From positions 2,912,001-2,976,000 of the forward strand of contig OZ220089.1 in the NCBI GenBank assembly GCA_964291625.2: a stretch of 64,000 nucleotides of DNA. The letters run 5' to 3'. The translations under genes and the position numbers were made by a program. Of the stretch, positions 52,101 to 59,066 are shown in pieces (the stretch's first letter is position 1; the number at the start of each line of letters is the position of its first letter). Below the pieces are notes generated by a model, which saw only the letters and a list, made by a program, of their open reading frames with translations, was not told the origin of the DNA and did no database searches. This DNA is from Candidatus Latescibacterota bacterium (GTDB lineage: Bacteria > Latescibacterota > UBA2968 > UBA8231).

Positions 52101-52242
52101 TGGTCCAGGCCTCCCAGTGCCGCGCACGGTCGACGACGACCTGGCCGCCGCGCACGTCGTAGCCGTTCTGCGCGAGGAGGGGGCCGCCCCACAGCGGCAA
52201 GAGCGCCCACAGGGCCGCCCCGACTCTGCGCCATGTGGTCAT
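49132..52242 (-). CDS. Large secreted protein, discoidin-like domains plus FlgD-Ig-like CTD (family B copy 2)
   Basis: Start at TGATG overlap (52242, or 52248); signal peptide; LVDGDPTTFW, IRTRTG, WSPWS, NPFTPNGDGIND, ends IALAY. Confidence 0.75.
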   Translation of the reverse strand: MTTWRRVGAALWALLPLWGGPLLAQNGYDVRGGQVVVDRARHWEAWTMPTHLVRLERDGTVRSREFRTVYELLSDRSFGRPVVLTRDAPRIANVDSTVRRDFRGDPVRDLGDNLVYDHVVRPGGSRAGSNPHLMHHLVDGDPTTFWEPDLDDPPEDWWVEVGLGRPVPLERLRLSFVEEEWGDPFYRFLILVGPAQGSYVDDVPRNTDVFIPFDGVNTDRRTFVFDAERVSEYLPADALTDPDRRLPISDSYKGSSTYLGVGEPSPEWDGKLVELIRIVVTDTRGGRAEEVGEEDWQALPAAERGDVVHFLRDGDFEEPVSEETWLSLPEDRRGGRVHYRRELPRLAEVEAWGRGDDLGIEFLSGGGSVEETSTSGQPGFMFDGIYGSHNQVSTYIVSEPGRNTITVDMGGTVWLKEVRTVGFNPPRGYRLRSSIGARDAQGNLQWDQFSSVERETNLHNGHYRLLADPLEPSRRVRFLEMIAFALPDDASELTSRYWPRIRLMWLFAEGPAAEAVLESDLIELPGEVTLGAVRWEADEPPGAEVQIRTRTGDQLLERIRYFDTDGNEKTASQYKRLSFTRKGPVDTSYVAGPGWSPWSRKYERPGDPATSPGLRRFMRIQARLVNHDRVSVPAIRRISVDLKTPVAQRLGAEVWPDVSAAGQLDTFEVFLQPGFLEGSSGSQSPGFDELLLRADPPLDMRLIDLAAGTEDELTRDEPAMLFEQPHVDGLQDAEGRVMRVLGHRDSLWLRLPEPVRSAPEELLPRTFYRRLAPGDEVPAGLDGRLLTQNGYNDLPEEEQGAIRYFRLDGEELEEVDAAAWEELPEEEKGPVRFYRIVTTLGEQTVYSALGDSLSDRQYARLRSAERGRVIGPGRLLRVRFASAVYLPSTLLELAVRNSGLDTSWQGAAGEDVTGLRPATSLAIRADEIGRIVDDLAIAPNPFTPNGDGINDEARIRFSLLSVAAARPVQVRIYSLGGRLVRGLEFDLLGGPQTVVWDGREDGGALAPPGLYLCQVGALADSEAGRRKRSRVIALAY

Positions 52243-54986
52243 CACCATCTCCCCAGTCCGGCGTACACGGTGATGAAGGACTGCACCCGGGTGAAGGCTT
52301 TCTCCTCCCGGGGGGTGGTGCGCTCCACCACGAAACCGGTCATGAACCACACCTGGTAGCCCTGGTAGGCCGAGGTGCTGGTCAGCTGCAGCCCCGTGGA
52401 GACGCCGGAGAAGTCGGCGGCCCGGCTGTCCAGATCGCGGGAGAGGAGATACTCGATCCCGCCCTGAAGGGTGGTGGCGCGCAGCAGGGGAACCACCACC
52501 AGTCCGGAGACCAGTTGGGTCAACGTGGTCCGTTGCGCGTCGCTGTAGAGATTGCGGCTCTGGCTGATGTACTCGCTCTTCCAGCGCGGCACGAGCTCCA
52601 GCGTCCCCAGGCGGTAGCTGAAGGCGGCCTTGTTGACGAGGCCGAGGAAGTGGTCGGACTCGTCGAGACCGTGACGCAGCCGTTCCTCCTCCTCGAGCCG
52701 CTGCACGTAGCGCAGGTAGCTGAGCTTGCTCTGCAGGAAGAGGCCGCCCGTCTGGTAGTGGTGGCCGAGGAAGGACCGGTGGATCCACGTGTCCCGGGCC
52801 AGCAGCGGGTCTTCCACCGGCGTCACCCGTCCGCCGTTGAGGGTGTTGTCGGGCGCCCACTGAAGCAGCGGGTCGGGGATGTCGTCGCGGACCGACTCCA
52901 GGGTCTGGAAGATCCGGAGCCGTCCCCACCGCGCCGAGATCCGGTCGTATCCGATGACCGCGTAGTCGCTGTGATTGCGCCGGGCCGACGCGATCGACCC
53001 CTCACGGAGGGTCCCGGCCTTGACCTCCAGGCCCGGGGCCGGGCGGACGCCGCCGAAGAGGTTGAAGCCCCGGCGGTCGCGGCGGTAAGGGTAGTCGGGC
53101 TCGTCGTCGTTCTCGAAGCGGTCGACCCAGAAGTTGTGGTTCATGTCGACGCCGAGGAGGAACTCCGGCCGGTCGGAGCCGAAGCGCAGGAAGGGCTCCT
53201 CGTAGTCGGGGACGGTGTTCGGGCGGATCCGGTTGTCGTTCTGGTTGTAGTCGGGGATGAAATCGTTATTGAGGTCCCAGCCGGGGAAGACGCGGAAGTC
53301 GACGCCGCCTTCACCCCTGGAGTAGGGACCGACCGCGCCCTGGGCGACGGTGTCGAAGCGGAAGAGGTCGGGCAGCCGGTCCTGGTCGTCGTTGTCGTCC
53401 ACCAGCTCCAGCTTCAGGCGGTCGTCATCGTAGGAGACGCTGCCGTCGGCGGAGGTTACGAAGGTCTGGGTGTTGTACAAGGGGTCTATGGAGTAGGCCT
53501 CGCCATGGAAGAAGAAGGGGTCGGCCGTCCGGCCCAGGTTGAGCATCCACGCCGGCCGCGCCGCCTTGCCGGCGATCCCGGAGGAGACCTCGTGTTTCTC
53601 GGCGAGGGGGTTGGGGTACTTGCGGTAGCTCCACCCCAGGTCGTACTCGCCGTAGAGGTCGAGACCCCACACGTCGCTCACCTTCAGGGTGCTGCCCACG
53701 AGGTGGGTGGCGGTGGGCAGCCCGTACTGAAAGCGCACCACGCGCAGGTTGGAGCCGTCGCTGACGTTGCCCTCCGCCCGCTCCACCATGAGCAGCACGG
53801 GCGTGCCCTGGCGGCCGGTCTGCCGGTCGGAGGTCATCCAGATCTGGTAGTCGTTGGCCAGGGTCAGGTGGAACTCGACCTTGGCGATCTCGCTGCGGTC
53901 GGCCCGCGCCCGGCCGGCGAAGGCGGGATCGGTGAAGTCCCAGGTCAGGCGGATCTCGTTGCTGCCGGCGGCGGTGAGGAAGCCCTCGCGGGGGGTCCCT
54001 CCCGAGACGACGGGCTCGAAGCGGATGTCCCTGCCGCTGTCGGTGCTGCCGTCGAGATAGGTGATGAGGATGTCCGAACCGGCCGGGAACCAGGAGGCGC
54101 CGCTGGCGGGATCCTCGGGGGAGTCGTCGCGCAGGACGATCTCGATGGAGGAGACCAGGCCGTTCTTCGATTCCTGCAGCGAGCCGGAGAGCAGGTTGTC
54201 CATGAGCCGGCTGTTGAGGCTGTTGGACTGGTGGGCGTTGGCCATGTGGACCCCCACCTCCACGAAGTCGCCCACCTGGGTCACGAAGCGGCCGCCCATG
54301 ATGGTGGTGACGTCGGTGCGGGGCCGGAGGTCCGACTGGCCGCCGATGCCGCCCTGCGAGTAGAGCAGGGTCGCCATGTACTTGTCGGTGGCGAAGTCGA
54401 GCTGCACGCCGCTGAACCGGGGCTTGGAGAACACCAGCGGCGTCAGGGTCGTGCGCAGGTCGCGGCCCGCGGTGAGGGCGAAGTGGTACTGGCCCTTGCT
54501 CTCGGTGGCGACGGCGACGTTGGAGAACCACTCCGCCATCCTCTGGGCCTCGAAGAAGACGTGCCCGCTCTCGAGCGGGGTCGTCTGGCTGGTGTTGAAG
54601 AGCAGCCATCCCCGGGTGAGCAGGTTGCCGTAGAGATCGTAGAACAAGTCGCCCTCGAGGGCGGTGTCCACGTAGCGCTCGTACGGCTCGCGGGCGTAGG
54701 AGGTGGTCTCCCACTGCCAGAGCCCGGCCTGCGAGTAGAGCTCCTGGGGCACGTACCACTTCCGAACCGTCGGATCGACGGCCTCCATCAGGACCATGGG
54801 GCCCCGAGGCTCGAAGCCGCGCACCCCCGCCTGGGCCACGCCGAGGCGTCCCCCGTAGTCGACCTGTGCCGGCGCCGCTTGCGGACCCAGGACCGCCGCG
54901 GCGAGGAGAACACGGACCACCCGACAAAGCCCCCTCCGGCTCTCCCGCGCGGCCCGGCCGCCTCTCTGGTTCACGGAATCCCTCAT
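52242..54986 (-). CDS. Asp-rich putative outer-membrane protein (family C copy 2)
   Basis: Signal peptide then QVDYGGRLG, DPTVRKWYVPQELY, Ca-loop-like repeats, amphipathic C-terminal strands ending FITVYAGLGRW; start approximate. Confidence 0.7.
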   Translation of the reverse strand: MRDSVNQRGGRAARESRRGLCRVVRVLLAAAVLGPQAAPAQVDYGGRLGVAQAGVRGFEPRGPMVLMEAVDPTVRKWYVPQELYSQAGLWQWETTSYAREPYERYVDTALEGDLFYDLYGNLLTRGWLLFNTSQTTPLESGHVFFEAQRMAEWFSNVAVATESKGQYHFALTAGRDLRTTLTPLVFSKPRFSGVQLDFATDKYMATLLYSQGGIGGQSDLRPRTDVTTIMGGRFVTQVGDFVEVGVHMANAHQSNSLNSRLMDNLLSGSLQESKNGLVSSIEIVLRDDSPEDPASGASWFPAGSDILITYLDGSTDSGRDIRFEPVVSGGTPREGFLTAAGSNEIRLTWDFTDPAFAGRARADRSEIAKVEFHLTLANDYQIWMTSDRQTGRQGTPVLLMVERAEGNVSDGSNLRVVRFQYGLPTATHLVGSTLKVSDVWGLDLYGEYDLGWSYRKYPNPLAEKHEVSSGIAGKAARPAWMLNLGRTADPFFFHGEAYSIDPLYNTQTFVTSADGSVSYDDDRLKLELVDDNDDQDRLPDLFRFDTVAQGAVGPYSRGEGGVDFRVFPGWDLNNDFIPDYNQNDNRIRPNTVPDYEEPFLRFGSDRPEFLLGVDMNHNFWVDRFENDDEPDYPYRRDRRGFNLFGGVRPAPGLEVKAGTLREGSIASARRNHSDYAVIGYDRISARWGRLRIFQTLESVRDDIPDPLLQWAPDNTLNGGRVTPVEDPLLARDTWIHRSFLGHHYQTGGLFLQSKLSYLRYVQRLEEEERLRHGLDESDHFLGLVNKAAFSYRLGTLELVPRWKSEYISQSRNLYSDAQRTTLTQLVSGLVVVPLLRATTLQGGIEYLLSRDLDSRAADFSGVSTGLQLTSTSAYQGYQVWFMTGFVVERTTPREEKAFTRVQSFITVYAGLGRW

Positions 54987-54997
54987 GGCCGGCCCGT

Positions 54998-57079
54998 TCA
55001 GTAGGCGATCCCCACGGCGCGTGCCGCCGCGGTGGAGCGGGCGTCGCCGTCCACCGTCAGCTGCACCAGATAGAGCCCGGGAGGCAGCGGGTTCCCCCGG
55101 TCGTCGCGGCCCCCCCAGTCGAGGCCGGCGAAGCCGGCGCTGGTGTAGGTGCCGTTGCCGCCCTGATGCTCGAAGATCGTGGCCCGGCGCCGGCCGCTGA
55201 CGTCGAAGAGGGCCACCTCGATGTCGGCCTCGCCCACCACCGTGAGCACCTCGAAGCTCAGCCGCAGGCGGTCGTTCACCCCGTCGCCGTTGGGGGTGAG
55301 GACGGGCGCCTCCAGGGAGAAGCCGCCGATGAGCCCGCCGCGGGTCACCCCCGGACTGAGGACGGTGATGCCGGATTCGAAAGCCGCGTCGTCCTCGTCC
55401 AGAAGGCCGGCGTCGCCGCCCTCCACCCACTGGAAGGCGTCCGTCCCCTCCACCAGGGCCCGCCCCGCGAAGTCGCTGCTGTAGGCCAGGACCTGGTTGA
55501 CGAAGCGGATCTTGAGCACCGTGCCGTCCTCGGTGATCCGCGGGAAGCGGACGGTGAAGGCCTCGTCGGTGAAGGAGGTGATGGCCGCCTCGCCCTCGTC
55601 GGTCACCGCGTCCTGCGTCTCGAAGTCGTGAGCGAGGATCGTCGTCCCGTCGGCGGCGACCATCTCCAGGCCCTCGATCCGTTCGGCCCGGCCCTGGGTG
55701 GACAGCTCGAAGGCGTTGAACCCCTGCACCTCGGCGCGCCTCATGTCCGCCCGCACGGCGTACACGAACCGGGTGGGAAGAGCGGCCTCCACGTCGCGGG
55801 GGAAGATCTCGGCCACGAGGGCGTCGGCCAGGGCCGGCCGGGTGAACTCGAAGGAGATGCCCTCGAGGACCTGGCTCGAGTGCAGCCCCCGGCTGAGGAA
55901 CTCGACCTGGAACTGGAAATAAGTCCGCGGCGCCGGGGAGACGTTGCGGGTGCCCGCGGCGCTCAGGCCCTCCGTGGCCGGGTAGGGCGGCGACCAGGGG
56001 CTCCAGTTCTCCACGTCGTCCCCTATGGACCCGCGCTCCCAGAGATCGCTAGCCGCGCCGTCGGCGGGCAGGGCGAGGAACTCCTTGCGCGAGAGGGGTT
56101 CGCCCGGATTGTCGACGGACCGGGGGATGTCCTCGGCGTTGGGGTTCCCCACCTCGCGGCGGTTGTAGACGAAGGGAGTATCGTCGCTCCCGGTGCGGGT
56201 GCGGATGACGAGGCCGGTGAGGGCCTCCTCTCCGGTCACGCTTCTCTGCCAGCGGACCTGTCCCCAATTGCTGGGGGTGCCCAGGTCGACCACGGGGGAC
56301 AGGTAGCGGGCGAAGGGGTAGAACCCCTCGCCGAAGATCTGGAACTTCTCGATCTCGTAGGGTATGGCCGAGGTGGCCCGCAGGCGCACGAAGCGCACGT
56401 ACCGGGGCGGGTCGATCTCCACCACCGTCACCGGCTCGGAGTTGTCGTCCACGGTGAGGAAGGACTCCCAGGTGCCCAGGGCGGGAAGTCCGGCCTCGTT
56501 GAGGAGCAGGCCGTCGTGGATCCGCACCTCGAAGTTGCGCAGGAAGTCGTCCTCGAAGGGGGTGGTCGGCGAGGGCAGAAGGGTGTTGCGCGGGAAGAAG
56601 CGGAGGCGGTTGACGCCGACGATCGCCCCCAGGTCCACGGTCAGCAGGGTGCCCTGGATCTTGTCGCCCTTGCGCTCGAAGGCGGTGCCCGTCGACTCGG
56701 GGGTGAGCAGACCCTGCAGGATCTCGGCCAGCAGCCTCCTGTCGAGCTCCAGGGATGTCTCGGAGACGATACTGCCGCCGTTGGCCACGAGGCTGGCGGA
56801 CAGGTTCTCGCCCTCGTCCAACTGGACGGGCAGGAGGGCCTGCGGATGGTCGCCATGGTCCAGCTCGACGCGGCCGTCCGGGGCGACGCCGATGGCGGTG
56901 ACCCCCGGCGTGAGGGAGGGGCGGAACTCGGGCTGGATGGTGGCCACGCCCTCCAACCCGGAGACCTCCCCCTCCCAGGTGATGTTCCCGTCCCGGCCGA
57001 AGCGCACCTCCTGGGCGCCGGTGGGGGACAGCCCCGTGAGCACCGCCAGGGCCAGGCGGACCAGGACCCCGGCCCTCAC
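54998..57079 (-). CDS. Secreted discoidin-like plus FlgD-Ig-like CTD protein (family B copy 1)
   Basis: Signal peptide; VDLG....NRLRFFPR, FGEGF, IRTRTG, ENWSPWS, LTPNGDGVND, WGGRDDRG..LPPGLY, ends VGIAY. Confidence 0.75.
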   Translation of the reverse strand: MRAGVLVRLALAVLTGLSPTGAQEVRFGRDGNITWEGEVSGLEGVATIQPEFRPSLTPGVTAIGVAPDGRVELDHGDHPQALLPVQLDEGENLSASLVANGGSIVSETSLELDRRLLAEILQGLLTPESTGTAFERKGDKIQGTLLTVDLGAIVGVNRLRFFPRNTLLPSPTTPFEDDFLRNFEVRIHDGLLLNEAGLPALGTWESFLTVDDNSEPVTVVEIDPPRYVRFVRLRATSAIPYEIEKFQIFGEGFYPFARYLSPVVDLGTPSNWGQVRWQRSVTGEEALTGLVIRTRTGSDDTPFVYNRREVGNPNAEDIPRSVDNPGEPLSRKEFLALPADGAASDLWERGSIGDDVENWSPWSPPYPATEGLSAAGTRNVSPAPRTYFQFQVEFLSRGLHSSQVLEGISFEFTRPALADALVAEIFPRDVEAALPTRFVYAVRADMRRAEVQGFNAFELSTQGRAERIEGLEMVAADGTTILAHDFETQDAVTDEGEAAITSFTDEAFTVRFPRITEDGTVLKIRFVNQVLAYSSDFAGRALVEGTDAFQWVEGGDAGLLDEDDAAFESGITVLSPGVTRGGLIGGFSLEAPVLTPNGDGVNDRLRLSFEVLTVVGEADIEVALFDVSGRRRATIFEHQGGNGTYTSAGFAGLDWGGRDDRGNPLPPGLYLVQLTVDGDARSTAAARAVGIAY

Positions 57080-59064
57080 GGCCCCACCCCCATGCGGGAC
57101 TGCAGTTGGTCGGTCATCATGCTCGTCACCAGCGTCAGGTGCCCCTGCAGGTCCTCGCGCTCGCGGTTCCGCTGATAGCGGACGTAGGCGAGGCGGGACT
57201 CCTCGGCGCGGGCTTCGTCCCCGAGGCGCTCGTAGGTCAGGGCGAGGTAGTAGTGGACCCGGTGGTCTTCGGGCCAGACCTGGCGCAGGCGTTCGAAGAG
57301 GGCGGCGGCCTCCCGGTGGCGGCCCTGCTCGTGGAGCTGGCGGCCCCTCAGCCCCAGGGCCGCTCCCGAGTCCGGCGCCGTCTCCAGGACCTGCTCCAGC
57401 ACCTCCGCCGCTTCCTGGCCGCGGCCTCGGCGGATCAGCACCTCGGCCAGGACGGGACCGTACTCGGCCACCTGTCCCCCCTCGTAGAGGGCGCGGCAGG
57501 CCTCCTCGGCCTCGGGCAGCCGGCCGGCGGCCGAGTAGAGCAGGGCCAGCATGCCGCGGGCCCGGACGTTGCCCGGCTCCGCCTCCAGCGCCCGTTCATA
57601 GGCGCCCAGGCCCCCCTCCACGTCGCCGCTGCGGAACAGGGCGTCGCCCAGAAGGGTGAGCAGCGAATCCGCGGGGGCGGCCTGCGCCCTGATCAGCTCC
57701 CGGTAGCATCTGGCCGCCTCGGCCGCCCGCCCCGAGGTCAGGTAGACCTTGGCGAGGGCCATGCGGGACTCGTGCATCTCCGGCCAGCGCTCGAGCAGGC
57801 TCTCGTAGAGGCCGGCGGCGCGGATGTCGTCCTTCTGGGCCCGGTAGTGCCCGGCCAGGGCCTGGTAGGTCTCCAGCCTGGCGGGGTCGAGGGAGAGGGC
57901 CGTCTCGTACTCGCGGACGGCGTTGGCGCGCAGTCCGAGCTGCCCGAAGCCATGGCCGAGCCAGTAGTGCTGCCCGGCCCGGCCTTCGGCGCCCGCATCG
58001 CCGGCGTTGAGGCCGATGGCCAGCAGGAGGCAGGCGGCCGCCGCCGCCAGCGCCGGCAGCCTCGGAAGGGTGGCCATCGCCGTCACCCCGGCCGCGGCGA
58101 AGATCAGCAGGACCGGCACCGCCGGGGCGCGCACCGCCGAGTCCGCGGCCGGCAGGAGCAGGGCCTGCACGGTGAAGCAGCCGGCGAAGAGGAGGAGGGC
58201 GATCTCCAGCGGCCCTCGCCCGCCGCGCAGGCGCGCGAAGATGCCCGCCAGCGCCAGGGGCGCCGCCACGCCGAAGGGGAAGGCCAGCCCCTCGTCCCAC
58301 AGCAACACCGACAGCAGGCTGGAGCTGCGGCTCCCGAAGTAGGGATCGACCTCCCCCAGGAACTCGCCTCCCTGCCACAGGGCGTGGACCCGGCGGAGGC
58401 CCTCCCCCAGCCCCGGAGCCGCCTCCGGCGCCCAGGCCGACAGCAGCCAGGCGGGCAGCAGGACGGCGGCCGTCCCCAGTGCCAGGCGCAGGGCCGCACC
58501 CCGGCGGCTCCGCAGCAGCCAGAGGGCCAGGGCGAGGGCGAAGAGGCAGATCCACCACTCGGCGAGGGCGGCGAGCCCCAGGAGCAGCCCCGGCAGCCAG
58601 AACGGCCGCTCCCCGGAAGAGGTGAGGGCCCGCGACAGGGCGATCAGGGCGAGCAGCACCAGGCACGTGGCCAGCACCGGAGGCAGGATCTCGCCGGAGA
58701 AGTAGATGGCAGGTCCGTAGAGGGCGAGGGCCAGGCCGGCCCCGAGAGCCGCTTTCGGCGGGAGGGCGGACGACCTGGCCAGCCACCAGAGCAGGACGCA
58801 GTTGACGGCTCCGAGGACCACCTGGACTCCGCGAACCAGATCGAAGTCCCCGGGGACGACGGCGAGAAAGGCGTCGTAGAGGGAGACGAAACCGGCCGCC
58901 TCGCCAGAGCTGCGCTCCAGGTGGGCGATGGCGGACCCCAGCGGGACCTCGCGCACAGGGTGGCTGCCGGACTGGTGGACGTAGATCCACCGGGCCGCCA
59001 GGGCGGCGGCGAAGATGGCGGCCCCCTCGCCGGCGGCGCTGCGGCTCATCTCCCGGAGGCTCAT
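57076..59064 (-). CDS. GT-C-like membrane protein with C-terminal TPRs, divergent paralog of 43858-45783
   Basis: ATG 59064; shares YGP..YF.GE.LP, LWQG.E...EVDPYF, LLW..GLAFPFG..APLAL.G, then TPRs. Confidence 0.72.
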   Translation of the reverse strand: MSLREMSRSAAGEGAAIFAAALAARWIYVHQSGSHPVREVPLGSAIAHLERSSGEAAGFVSLYDAFLAVVPGDFDLVRGVQVVLGAVNCVLLWWLARSSALPPKAALGAGLALALYGPAIYFSGEILPPVLATCLVLLALIALSRALTSSGERPFWLPGLLLGLAALAEWWICLFALALALWLLRSRRGAALRLALGTAAVLLPAWLLSAWAPEAAPGLGEGLRRVHALWQGGEFLGEVDPYFGSRSSSLLSVLLWDEGLAFPFGVAAPLALAGIFARLRGGRGPLEIALLLFAGCFTVQALLLPAADSAVRAPAVPVLLIFAAAGVTAMATLPRLPALAAAAACLLLAIGLNAGDAGAEGRAGQHYWLGHGFGQLGLRANAVREYETALSLDPARLETYQALAGHYRAQKDDIRAAGLYESLLERWPEMHESRMALAKVYLTSGRAAEAARCYRELIRAQAAPADSLLTLLGDALFRSGDVEGGLGAYERALEAEPGNVRARGMLALLYSAAGRLPEAEEACRALYEGGQVAEYGPVLAEVLIRRGRGQEAAEVLEQVLETAPDSGAALGLRGRQLHEQGRHREAAALFERLRQVWPEDHRVHYYLALTYERLGDEARAEESRLAYVRYQRNREREDLQGHLTLVTSMMTDQLQSRMGVGP

Positions 59065-59066
59065 CC

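Noticed and set aside
46947-57079. Flagellar hook-cap (flgD) or canonical T9SS locus
   Set aside because: Only the C-terminal Ig-like domain is similar; no flagellar or core por/gld/spr genes are in the window.
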